From Streptomyces phage Forrest: a stretch of DNA of 24,000 nucleotides. Below, one piece after another: positions 15,143 through 22,569 of the stretch. The number at the start of each line of letters is the position of its first letter. The stretch's first letter is position 1. The stretch lies in sequence record MZ820093.1; one strand, written 5' to 3'. The notes beneath the pieces were generated by a model, which did not search any database, was not told the DNA's origin, and saw only the letters and a program-made list of their open reading frames with translations. The position numbers and the translations under genes are program-made.

Positions 15143-15293
15143 CAAACTAAGGTATCAGGTTCATAGGAAAAAGGTTGCAACCAATCCAGAACTGGTCTAG
15201 GCTCAGTAGGTAACATTACGAACCCTCAATAGCCGAAGCGGATTTTCGGAAATTCCCGAGTTTACCGCTATATAAAAGATAACCGGGAATCAA

Positions 15294-15368
15294 GCCCCGT
15301 TAGTCTAGCGGCCTAGGATTCCGGATTTTCACTCCGCGAGAACGTCGGTTCGAATCCGACACGGGGTA
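15294..15368 (+). tRNA. tRNA-Glu (anticodon UUC), copy 2
   Basis: GCCCCGT/ACGGGGT, CGGA-TTTTCAC-TCCG, GTCGG-TTCGAAT-CCGAC. Confidence 0.9.
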
Positions 15369-15369
15369 C

Positions 15370-15555
15370 ATGAATTTAACTCCAAAAGCGAAATGGAACA
15401 GAGGTAGTAGAGTTTACTCACAGATTCATGGAGCAAACGCTACTGTAGTTGCTGTTGATACTGATAATGCAGTTCCGATTTACATTATCAGAGTTGATGG
15501 CGCTACAAAGGATAGCTATAACGTTTACGAACGGCAATTGAGAAATCCAAAGTAA
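15370..15555 (+). CDS. small SH3/KOW-like hypothetical protein
   Basis: ORF starting 1 nt after tRNA; GSRVYSQIHGANATVVAVD..YIIRVDG. Confidence 0.6.
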   Translation: MNLTPKAKWNRGSRVYSQIHGANATVVAVDTDNAVPIYIIRVDGATKDSYNVYERQLRNPK

Positions 15556-15575
15556 AATCTGGGCTTCGGCCCTAT

Positions 15576-15646
15576 TCCGGCGTAGTGAAATGGTATCACG
15601 CAACTTTGCCAAAGTTGTAGCGCGAGTTCGATTCTCGTCGCCGGGA
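15576..15646 (+). tRNA. tRNA-Gly (anticodon GCC)
   Basis: TCCGGCG/CGCCGGG, CAACT-TTGCCAA-AGTTG, GCGAG-TTCGATT-CTCGT. Confidence 0.93.
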
Positions 15647-15650
15647 CCAC

Positions 15651-15693
15651 AAGCAGTCACACCGGGTAAAGCCGCACTGACTGCTTCTTTTTT
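15651..15693 (+). terminator. intrinsic terminator after tRNA-Gly
   Basis: AAGCAGTCA ... TGACTGCTT 9-bp stem then CTTTTTT. Confidence 0.85.
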
Positions 15694-15720
15694 ATCCATT
15701 TAGCATAGTTAGGATTAAGA

Positions 15721-16242
15721 ATGATTCAGATGGGTGTTCGAGTTCGCGTCAAGGACAATTACGCTGGTGGACTTGACAACGTGGTGGGTCGCACTGGTAA
15801 GGTTCTTCGTGGAACTGCTGATGGTCTCTACCTTCTTGACATCAAGGGGAAGCGTAAGGCTTCTTGGGGTGACTACACGTATGAGCGTGAGGTTATCGTT
15901 GAAGAGCACGAGGTTGAGGCTGTTGATTTTGAAATCAAGGATTCTCAGGGGCGCAAGATTGAGCTTGGTGATAAGATTGCTTACGGTCCTCTTGGTGGTG
16001 GTGTGACGATTGGTACGGTCGTAGATATTGACGAGCGTGGAGACGGCTGGAATCGTGCGGTGAAGTTCCGTCTTGAAACCAAGAGTCGTGAGTTTTTCAC
16101 TGATGGCGGAGACAGGACCATCGATGGGGCCAACGTGACCACTTATCGTTGGTATGCACATCCCGGTCGGTGTGTTATTCTTGAGAAGAATCCCATTAAC
16201 CGGGACGTTTTTGAACTTCGCTCTGTTCCCGTCGCCTTCTGA
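15721..16242 (+). CDS. hypothetical protein with KOW/SH3-like repeats
   Basis: VRVRVKDNYAGGLDNVVGRTGKVLR..DGLYLLDIKGKR and IELGDKIAYGPLGGGVTIGTVVDI. Confidence 0.8.
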   Translation: MIQMGVRVRVKDNYAGGLDNVVGRTGKVLRGTADGLYLLDIKGKRKASWGDYTYEREVIVEEHEVEAVDFEIKDSQGRKIELGDKIAYGPLGGGVTIGTVVDIDERGDGWNRAVKFRLETKSREFFTDGGDRTIDGANVTTYRWYAHPGRCVILEKNPINRDVFELRSVPVAF

Positions 16243-16244
16243 GG

Positions 16245-16274
16245 TTGACGAGACAGCGCAATATGTGTTAGTAT
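16245..16274 (+). promoter_or_regulatory. promoter upstream of tRNA-Gly
   Basis: TTGACG - 18 nt - TAGTAT. Confidence 0.65.
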
Positions 16275-16369
16275 AGATACATCGGGTCGGAGGAAAGACG
16301 GTTATCTTTCATTTGGCGAAAATCGCGGGAATGCCCGCTTTCCGTCTTCCACACCATATCCGATGTAAT

Positions 16370-16442
16370 GCGGGTGTAACTCAATTGGCAGAGTGCTAGC
16401 CTTCCAAGCTAGATGTTGCCGGTTCGACCCCGGTCACCCGCT
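16370..16442 (+). tRNA. tRNA-Gly (anticodon UCC)
   Basis: GCGGGTG/CACCCGC, CTAGC-CTTCCAA-GCTAG, GCCGG-TTCGACC-CCGGT. Confidence 0.93.
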
Positions 16443-16453
16443 CGGAACGAATT

Positions 16454-16480
16454 CCCCGCTAGTAAAAACTGGCGGGGTTT
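16454..16480 (+). terminator. intrinsic terminator
   Basis: CCCCGCTAG-taaaaa-CTGGCGGGG then TTTCG. Confidence 0.75.
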
Positions 16481-16506
16481 CGTTATTTCTATGGTAAGAT
16501 GGAGTC

Positions 16507-16704
16507 ATGGAAGAAATCGTATCCTACAGTTTTGCTGTAGACATTTACAAGAACGACTCAGGCACGTACACTTACGGAGTGTTCCAAGAACTTGAGTCAG
16601 ACAGTGAGGACGAGCTACAGTTGCTTGAGACTGGTGAAGCTGATTCACTAGCTGAAGCAGCGGAGATTGCAGGACGTAGCATTAAGACTCTATTCACAGT
16701 CTAA
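16507..16704 (+). CDS. hypothetical protein
   Basis: ORF; TAAGAT box ends 6 nt before ATG. Confidence 0.7.
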   Translation: MEEIVSYSFAVDIYKNDSGTYTYGVFQELESDSEDELQLLETGEADSLAEAAEIAGRSIKTLFTV

Positions 16705-16745
16705 GATTTTCCGGCAAATTTTGTCGGGGGTTCGTAAGGACCCAA

Positions 16746-16817
16746 TCCCCCTTGGTGTAATCGGCAGCACAACGGTCTTTGGAACCGTTAGTTCCAGTTC
16801 GAATCTGGCCGGGGGAG
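16746..16817 (+). tRNA. tRNA-Gln (anticodon UUG)
   Basis: TCCCCC/GGGGGA acceptor, GGTGTAATCGGCAGCAC D-arm, ACGGT-CTTTGGA-ACCGT. Confidence 0.85.
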
Positions 16818-16841
16818 CTTCCATAACAAAAGGAGAATGTA

Positions 16842-17297
16842 ATGGATATTCTGTTCTGGATTTGGGTAGTACCGGCCGGATTCTTCACTACACTCTTCCT
16901 GCTGATTGTACTATTCGCATCACTGATTAACATTCAGACAGGTGCTGTTTTCGGAGGGCTTGCTATTGGAATTTTTGGTCCGCCTGTTGCTGTTGCTCTA
17001 GGTGCTCTTTGGCCGGTTACTTGGCCTCTCTTTTCCCTTCTTGGTAAGTTGGATGAAAAGCGAATCGAAAAGCGCAATCAGGAGTATGAGAAGAGACTTG
17101 CCAAGGGAAAGAATTACGGTAAGTTGATGAGGATTACCGAGAGCCGTCCTCATCTTCCCGATGAGTACCTTGGCGCTATCGTAAAGATTGTTCAATGGCA
17201 TGAGCCTGGAAGGCACAATGCTTATGTTGAGTTTGTTGACCAGAGCATTCGTCCTGGTCGATTCTATTGGCGACACTCCATGATGGAGGAAATCTGA
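16842..17297 (+). CDS. membrane protein
   Basis: ORF with AAGGAG; hydrophobic N-terminal half. Confidence 0.8.
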   Translation: MDILFWIWVVPAGFFTTLFLLIVLFASLINIQTGAVFGGLAIGIFGPPVAVALGALWPVTWPLFSLLGKLDEKRIEKRNQEYEKRLAKGKNYGKLMRITESRPHLPDEYLGAIVKIVQWHEPGRHNAYVEFVDQSIRPGRFYWRHSMMEEI

Positions 17298-17303
17298 TAG
17301 AAT

Positions 17304-17323
17304 GGGACTTCGGTCCCAAGCTT
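17304..17323 (+). promoter_or_regulatory. GGGAC-TTCG-GTCCC hairpin + AAGCTT
   Basis: perfect 5-bp UUCG hairpin. Confidence 0.65.
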
Positions 17324-17339
17324 CCCGAAAGGAGATGTT

Positions 17340-17639
17340 ATGGGATGGGTGTTGGCCGTTGCTATCGTTGCTGCACTATGGTACCGTAGCAACTACAAGG
17401 GCGCGATGAAAATGTATGAGCATGAAAAGATGCTCAACCGGCTCGCTCAGGGAGAGAATTACCGCAGGCTTGTGGGATTTACCCACAACGGTAGAAAGTA
17501 TGAGGCACGGATTCGTCGTTGGAATGTTGACGAATCGGGGCCGGATGTGGCAGAGTTGTGGTGTGTCGAAGGGTCCAATCCTGATGGATGGACTCAATTC
17601 TTTCTCTGGAATAAGAGTGACCTCAAGTTTCTTGATTAA
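17340..17639 (+). CDS. hypothetical protein with N-terminal hydrophobic segment
   Basis: ORF with AAAGGAG RBS. Confidence 0.78.
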   Translation: MGWVLAVAIVAALWYRSNYKGAMKMYEHEKMLNRLAQGENYRRLVGFTHNGRKYEARIRRWNVDESGPDVAELWCVEGSNPDGWTQFFLWNKSDLKFLD

Positions 17640-17646
17640 GAATCAT

Positions 17647-17664
17647 GCCCGAAAGGGCAAGCTT
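17647..17664 (+). promoter_or_regulatory. GCCC-GAAA-GGGC hairpin + AAGCTT
   Basis: perfect 4-bp GNRA hairpin. Confidence 0.6.
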
Positions 17665-17681
17665 TATCGTAAGGAGGAAGT

Positions 17682-17927
17682 ATGACCGCTTGGATTATGG
17701 GAATCTATTTCGTTGGTTTCGGTCTCTGTTTCCTGTTTCTGCTGATGATGGCGGGGATTGGTAATAGCCCTGGCCTTGGCAGCGGACTTGGTTCTGAGGC
17801 AGTAACATTCGTAATGCTCGGTTCCTTTCTGTGGCCTGTGCTTCTTGTAATTTCAATTATGGCTGGTGGCTGGATGGCCATTAAGCGAATGCTTGGAAAG
17901 GAAAAGAAGACTCCAGTTGGCATTTGA
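17682..17927 (+). CDS. small membrane protein
   Basis: ORF with AAGGAGG RBS, two hydrophobic stretches. Confidence 0.78.
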   Translation: MTAWIMGIYFVGFGLCFLFLLMMAGIGNSPGLGSGLGSEAVTFVMLGSFLWPVLLVISIMAGGWMAIKRMLGKEKKTPVGI

Positions 17928-17946
17928 GTAGATTTTGTTGTAAAAT
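17917..17946 (+). promoter_or_regulatory. promoter of HNH 17953
   Basis: TTGGCA - 18 nt - TAAAAT, 6 nt before ATG. Confidence 0.6.
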
Positions 17947-17952
17947 GAGTCT

Positions 17953-18447
17953 ATGAAAACATGCAAAAGTTGTGGGGAAGAGAAGGAATTCTCTTCCTTC
18001 TACAAGGACAGTCGTAGAAAAGATGGTTATATTTCCATCTGTATTCCATGCGATAAGGAAAAGAAAAAGCAATACTACCTTGACAACAAGGAAAAAGTCA
18101 AGGAAGCTGCTGTTCGATGGCAGGCGAATAACAATGAAAAAGTTCGCGGCTATAAGAACAAGTGGAAGAGAGCAAACAAGCATAAACTAGCTCAGTATAA
18201 GCATAAGAGACGGGCTCAAGAGTCATTGAGTCATTTCACAGCAGAAGAGTTTAAAGAACTTTGTGACGCTTATGGTAATATCTGTTTGCGATGTGGAGAG
18301 GAAAAGCCATTGTCTGTAGACCATGTTATTCCTCTGTGTGATGGAGGCTCAAATTCCATTGACAACATTCAGCCACTATGTGTGGATTGCAATTGCATAA
18401 AAGGAAGAAAGGCAACAGACTATCGTGAACTTTACGGAACTGAATGA
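17953..18447 (+). CDS. HNH endonuclease with N-terminal zinc ribbon
   Basis: CKSCGEEK, CLRCGEEKPLSVDHVIPLCDGGSNSIDNIQPLCVDCNCIKG. Confidence 0.92.
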   Translation: MKTCKSCGEEKEFSSFYKDSRRKDGYISICIPCDKEKKKQYYLDNKEKVKEAAVRWQANNNEKVRGYKNKWKRANKHKLAQYKHKRRAQESLSHFTAEEFKELCDAYGNICLRCGEEKPLSVDHVIPLCDGGSNSIDNIQPLCVDCNCIKGRKATDYRELYGTE

Positions 18448-19030
18448 TAGAATTCCATATGCTACTGGAAAAGTTCTTCATTCTATGGAAATGAATCCAT
18501 ATCCGAATATTACACTAGCAATGCCAGGAAGACACAAAAACGACACTTCTCCCGAAGGAGGAGACTTTGTTGTTATGGTAGATGATGTAAACATGGGTTG
18601 GGTGAAGCATCAATTTACTCATGGTGACCTATGGCATGACCTTGAAAAGAAGTTGTGGGCACATGGTCCAGCCACCAAGACATTGATGCAGGATTATGCT
18701 AAAGTGGTTCGTGGTGGTGACCCTGAAGAAACATCCTGGGGTGACGACTTGGTTCATGGGTCGGAAAGCCTGTGGGGACATACCCTGAAGCCTCAGACAT
18801 TTTTGTACGCCGTTCAGTGCCTTGCTGTAGCTGAGCACCGACGTTACTGGAAGCATGAGAGGGATGGTGGCGGAAGGTACTTGCCAGCACGCTTCTCTGT
18901 TGGTATTGTAGAAGGCAGATGGACAGCCAAGGATGCCGAAGCATTTCAGTATCGTGGCAGACAGGGACTCGAAAATCTGATTAAGGAAAAGGGTCGCCCA
19001 ACTTCTCTAAAGAAGTTTGCTGAAGGATAA
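18425..19030 (+). CDS. hypothetical protein, GTG start inside HNH ORF
   Basis: ORF track; start region overlaps HNH C-terminus by 23 nt. Confidence 0.75.
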   Translation: MNFTELNDRIPYATGKVLHSMEMNPYPNITLAMPGRHKNDTSPEGGDFVVMVDDVNMGWVKHQFTHGDLWHDLEKKLWAHGPATKTLMQDYAKVVRGGDPEETSWGDDLVHGSESLWGHTLKPQTFLYAVQCLAVAEHRRYWKHERDGGGRYLPARFSVGIVEGRWTAKDAEAFQYRGRQGLENLIKEKGRPTSLKKFAEG

Positions 19031-19077
19031 TTTCTGGCAAATTTCTGAAAGGGTTCGTAAAGAGCCCTTTCAAGCTG
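19031..19077 (+). repeat. TTTCTGGCAAATTTC + AAAGGGTTC-GTAAA-GAGCCCTTT hairpin + CAAGCT element
   Basis: one of four related intergenic elements. Confidence 0.7.
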
Positions 19078-19089
19078 TATACTAGACCT

Positions 19090-19359
19090 ATGAGAGATAT
19101 TTGCGAAGAACTAGCGCACTGGTTTTTGGTGCATGATTACAAATGGAAGTTTGATTATGGCCACGGAAATCCAGATGCGAATGACATTGAAGCAGTAATC
19201 AATAGGGCAATGCAATTGCTCAGTGTTGAAGAAACAGACACCAGACTTGAAGTTGGTAGGCTAATCTTCATGAAGAATGCTGAGCTTGGTCTGGTAGACA
19301 TTTATGTTCATGCTGGTACTATTGAGGAGAATTCACTAAATGAGGACAGCGACGTTTGA
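19090..19359 (+). CDS. hypothetical protein
   Basis: ORF; TATACT 6 nt before ATG. Confidence 0.75.
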   Translation: MRDICEELAHWFLVHDYKWKFDYGHGNPDANDIEAVINRAMQLLSVEETDTRLEVGRLIFMKNAELGLVDIYVHAGTIEENSLNEDSDV

Positions 19360-19762
19360 CTACACTGAGATGGCCGTAGTTGACAGCAGCTTTATTGATG
19401 CTGTTTACTACAATACCGGAACCAGTGAACTGGCGGTTTCAATGCTTAATGGCGACACTCACTTTTACGCTGATGTCCCCGCCCGCGTTTTTTATGACAT
19501 GATTGATGGCCCTTCCGCTGGTGCTGCCTATAACCGAGAGGTTAAGGACCAGTACACAAACATTGCGGGTGGCCCGGTCCATGAGGTACAGTTTGTTGAG
19601 CACGAGGTTGGCGTAACCAAGAGGTTCAACGTAAAGGCTGTGGTAGAGTTTCAGCAGTGGTTTGATGCTGAATCTGCTGCGGACGCTGCCAAGCAAATGG
19701 AGAAGTACATGGCTCCAAACTATGGTAGTGTATCAATTACGGAGGTTAAGGAAGTTGGGTGA
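19340..19762 (+). CDS. KTSC domain-like protein
   Basis: VDSSFIDAVYYNTGTSELAVSMLNGDTHFYADVPARVFYDMIDGPSAGAAYNREVKDQY. Confidence 0.75.
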   Translation: MRTATFDYTEMAVVDSSFIDAVYYNTGTSELAVSMLNGDTHFYADVPARVFYDMIDGPSAGAAYNREVKDQYTNIAGGPVHEVQFVEHEVGVTKRFNVKAVVEFQQWFDAESAADAAKQMEKYMAPNYGSVSITEVKEVG

Positions 19763-20066
19763 GGTTCGTAAGGTCCGTACACTAACGGAACTTCACGAAA
19801 TCATGAACGACAATGATAAGGTCGTTCTCGACTTGGCTGCACCATCTTGGTGTGTACCTTGTCAGCGACTTGCACCGCATTTCGCTAAGGCTGCTGAAAA
19901 GTCAGATGCAGCATTTGTTGAGGTAGATATTGAGGATGCCGAACAGGCAATTCTTGACACCTATCCAACACAGTCAGTTCCTACCGTTCTGCTCTTGCAG
20001 AGCGGCGAACCAACTGTTACGCTTAAGGGACGTACTTCGGTGGCGCTTCTTAAGGAGATTGCATAA
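19755..20066 (+). CDS. thioredoxin
   Basis: LDLAAPSWCVPCQRLAPHFAKAA..VDIEDAE..YPTQSVPTVLLLQSGEPTVTLKG; TTG start assumed. Confidence 0.9.
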   Translation: MGEVRKVRTLTELHEIMNDNDKVVLDLAAPSWCVPCQRLAPHFAKAAEKSDAAFVEVDIEDAEQAILDTYPTQSVPTVLLLQSGEPTVTLKGRTSVALLKEIA

Positions 20067-20071
20067 TCTCA

Positions 20072-20099
20072 GCGGGTATCGTAAGGTACCCGCAAGCTT
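20072..20099 (+). promoter_or_regulatory. GCGGGTATC-GTAA-GGTACCCGC hairpin + AAGCTT
   Basis: 9-bp stem, GNRA loop. Confidence 0.7.
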
Positions 20100-20129
20100 C
20101 CTACAAACATACAGAAAAGGATTAGGAAA

Positions 20130-20324
20130 ATGACTGAGTTCACCGCTGAACAGGAAGCCCAGAGCCGCGAGTTTGTTAAGACTGCTGCGCTTGCCGCTGT
20201 TCACATCAACGCCGTCAACGAGGCTGTTAAGCTCGGTGACATGTTATTGCGGCCCGTCGATACTCTCGACGGGTTCGTAATCGATGGCGCAAATATGGAT
20301 GTTCGTGCGGAGAGCACAACATGA
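20130..20324 (+). CDS. hypothetical protein
   Basis: ORF. Confidence 0.7.
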   Translation: MTEFTAEQEAQSREFVKTAALAAVHINAVNEAVKLGDMLLRPVDTLDGFVIDGANMDVRAESTT

Positions 20325-20341
20325 GAGGAAACAAATAAATA

Positions 20342-20509
20342 ATGGGAGAGAAAAGTCCTAAGTTCAAGGTGGGGCAAAGAGTAAGATTCAATGGCGACAC
20401 TGGTACCATTAAGAAGGTCTGGACTACAGACCCAAATATGCCAAAGTACACTGTTGATTTCATCTTTCACACCCATGTGCTGAAGGAAAACCAAATCCGA
20501 AAGGCTTAA
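20342..20509 (+). CDS. 55-aa SH3/KOW-like protein
   Basis: hand-translated MGEKSPKFKVGQRVRFNGDTGTIKKVWTTD..NQIRKA. Confidence 0.7.
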   Translation: MGEKSPKFKVGQRVRFNGDTGTIKKVWTTDPNMPKYTVDFIFHTHVLKENQIRKA

Positions 20510-20510
20510 T

Positions 20511-20783
20511 ATGTGTTGCTGTGAATGCTGTAAGCAGAGTAAAAATATTTTCTCTGTCGGAGATGTCATTCACGGATTCTGCGGTGGTCGTTTTGGCCGG
20601 GACTCCTATTCTTGTAAAAGAGTAGAGTATGTCGGCCCCGACTATGTTGTATTTCGAATCCTGAATGATTGGGGTGCGGGTGGGGTAACAATCTATTCAG
20701 GCACTCAAGAGGAAATCTACAACGACCTGTCAGAATACATGGAGAAGCAAGACTCTGAGTATTACGAGACTTGCGACTGCTGA
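20511..20783 (+). CDS. Cys-rich hypothetical protein (MCCCECC..CDC)
   Basis: ORF. Confidence 0.7.
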   Translation: MCCCECCKQSKNIFSVGDVIHGFCGGRFGRDSYSCKRVEYVGPDYVVFRILNDWGAGGVTIYSGTQEEIYNDLSEYMEKQDSEYYETCDC

Positions 20784-20789
20784 AAAACT

Positions 20790-20820
20790 TTGAGGGTGGC
20801 TCTTGACAAGCTACCCTCAA
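20790..20820 (+). terminator. 12-bp hairpin with TTGACA in the loop
   Basis: TTGAGGGTGGCT-cttgaca-AGCTACCCTCAA; no strong T-run afterwards. Confidence 0.6.
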
Positions 20821-20832
20821 GCTCGTTAAACT
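20803..20832 (+). promoter_or_regulatory. promoter upstream of 20892 membrane gene
   Basis: TTGACA - 18 nt - TAAACT. Confidence 0.65.
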
Positions 20833-20891
20833 AGAAAAAGAATAAAACAAGTTATAGCAAAGAGAAGAATATATAGAATAGGTAATATATT

Positions 20892-21080
20892 ATGACTATC
20901 TCAATGGTAGTTCTCTTCGGTATTGCTTTGGTTGTCTGTCTTGCAAAGGATGGCTTGGGCAAGTTCCATGCATTCATTGCAGTTATGTTTGGGCTATACC
21001 TTGGTTCTACTGGTGTTGGTCCTTCCTTGAAGGAGGGCACGGAGAACTTTTTAGGCTGGATTAGTCAGATTCAGTTCTGA
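20892..21080 (+). CDS. small membrane protein
   Basis: hydrophobic ORF. Confidence 0.7.
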   Translation: MTISMVVLFGIALVVCLAKDGLGKFHAFIAVMFGLYLGSTGVGPSLKEGTENFLGWISQIQF

Positions 21081-21128
21081 TTTTCTGGCAAATTTTCGAA
21101 GGGGTTCGTAAAGGACCCCTTCAAGCTT
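21081..21128 (+). repeat. TTTTCTGGCAAATTTTC + GGGGTTC-GTAAA-GGACCCC hairpin + AAGCTT element
   Basis: one of four related intergenic elements. Confidence 0.75.
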
Positions 21129-21148
21129 CCACGATAAAGGAGAGGAAA

Positions 21149-21799
21149 ATGCGAGAGTATTCGAAGACCGAGAACCTTTACAAGCGTAATCCTAAGAACA
21201 AGTCTCAGCTTCTTGTCGGAGAATACACCCGGCCGGAATTCAATCACATTGTTTCTTGGTGGGTTACCGAGAAGGTTGATGGTACTAACGTCCGTCTTTG
21301 GTTCGATAAGGACGAGAACAGTAATTACGGTGGTCGCACTGACAATGCGCACTTCAGCCCTGTTCAGCAGGAATTTATGGAGAATCTGCGGGATTCTCTA
21401 AAGGATAAGGCTGTTGCTCTCATCCATGAGTTTGGAATTGATGAGCTGCTTATCTTTGGTGAGCTTTATGGCCCGAAGATTCTTTCTGGTGGCAACTACT
21501 CTGAGCGTCTGGAGTTCCGGGCGTTTGACATGATGGTCAACGACAAGGTATGGTTGGCACCTGATGCAGTGAATAAGAACGCTGAGCGCCTTGGTGTCGA
21601 GATGGTTCCTTACCTTGGCATGATGACTACTGCACAGATTTTCTTCATGGTCGCTGGTGGATTCAAGTCTACCTTTGCTCGTAACAAGGATTTCGATGCT
21701 GAGGGTGTTATTGCTCAGCCTGCGGTAAATCTGTATGACCAGCGCGGAGAGCGTGTTAAGTTCAAGTTGAAGCACAACGATTTGAAGCATGTAAGTTGA
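21149..21799 (+). CDS. Rnl2-like RNA ligase
   Basis: VTEKVDGTNVRLWF, LIFGELYGPKI, EGVIAQP, VKFKLKHND. Confidence 0.85.
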   Translation: MREYSKTENLYKRNPKNKSQLLVGEYTRPEFNHIVSWWVTEKVDGTNVRLWFDKDENSNYGGRTDNAHFSPVQQEFMENLRDSLKDKAVALIHEFGIDELLIFGELYGPKILSGGNYSERLEFRAFDMMVNDKVWLAPDAVNKNAERLGVEMVPYLGMMTTAQIFFMVAGGFKSTFARNKDFDAEGVIAQPAVNLYDQRGERVKFKLKHNDLKHVS

Positions 21800-21824
21800 A
21801 GTGTGTGATATTTCATGCTATGAT
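21796..21824 (+). promoter_or_regulatory. promoter of HNH 21831
   Basis: TTGAAG - 17 nt - TATGAT, 6 nt before ATG. Confidence 0.7.
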
Positions 21825-21830
21825 TAATGC

Positions 21831-22307
21831 ATGATTACATTCACAGATAAGCACTGGAATAAAATTGCGATTACCGGTCCAAATGATTGCTGGATTTGGA
21901 CCGGTTCTTGCGATTCTAGAGGATATGGACAAATTCGAGTATCTAAAAATTACGCACCAAGGGTTACAAGAGTAATGTTGGCATGGGTTGATGGAATTGA
22001 AATTCCAGACAAAAATACGTTCGTTTTGCATTCATGTGATACACCCTCATGCGTCAATCCAATGCATCTAAGATGGGGTTCTCACAAAGAGAATGTTAAG
22101 GATGCAGTAGGAAGAAAAAGATACAAGAATAATTTCAATATGCAGGGTGAAACGCATTGGCGTGCTAAGCTGGCAGAAAATGACGTTACTGAAATTCGTA
22201 ATCGTCATGACAATGGAGAAAAGAAGCGGGCTCTGTCTACTGAGTATGGAGTCAGTTTTCAAACAATTAGTCATATTGTAAATAGGGTCACATGGACCCA
22301 TATCTAA
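21831..22307 (+). CDS. HNH homing endonuclease, paralogue of 6590-7084
   Basis: NDCWIWTGSCDSRGYG, FVLHSCDTPSCVNPMHLRWGS. Confidence 0.9.
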   Translation: MITFTDKHWNKIAITGPNDCWIWTGSCDSRGYGQIRVSKNYAPRVTRVMLAWVDGIEIPDKNTFVLHSCDTPSCVNPMHLRWGSHKENVKDAVGRKRYKNNFNMQGETHWRAKLAENDVTEIRNRHDNGEKKRALSTEYGVSFQTISHIVNRVTWTHI

Positions 22308-22318
22308 GGAGAAATAAA

Positions 22319-22525
22319 ATGGCTCAGATGCCTGAAGAGATGAAGAACCTCGGTGCCCTTCTTGCCGTCTCTAAGATTATTGAGGTTTTTGGTAACCTCT
22401 GTGATGCTGCGGAGAAGGCCACTCCTGAGGTTAAGGCTTTCGTAAAGCCTTTCCAGGATGAGGTTGAGAAGTCAGCAGAGGCTCTTGAGGCTCTGTTTGG
22501 CAAGGGTTTCATGGACCCTAAGTAA
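22319..22525 (+). CDS. hypothetical protein
   Basis: AAGGAG RBS before ATG. Confidence 0.78.
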   Translation: MAQMPEEMKNLGALLAVSKIIEVFGNLCDAAEKATPEVKAFVKPFQDEVEKSAEALEALFGKGFMDPK

Positions 22526-22530
22526 AATCG

Positions 22531-22559
22531 GGCGGGTTGTTGGTTGACCCGCCAAGCTT
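22531..22559 (+). promoter_or_regulatory. GGCGGGT..ACCCGCC hairpin + AAGCTT
   Basis: 7-bp stem, 9-nt loop, then AAGCTT and GGAGG. Confidence 0.6.
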
Positions 22560-22569
22560 TGGAGGAAAC

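Noticed and set aside
16413-16595. ORF MLPVRPRSPARNEF...
   Set aside because: Begins inside tRNA-Gly(UCC) and crosses a terminator hairpin.
16667-16930. Two opposite-strand ORFs (16667 + and 16694 -)
   Set aside because: Both cover the tRNA-Gln gene and conserved hairpin element.
20278-20290. GGGTTCGTAATCG as another copy of the GGTTCGTAA hairpin
   Set aside because: Lies in a coding sequence and has no complementary CCC arm.
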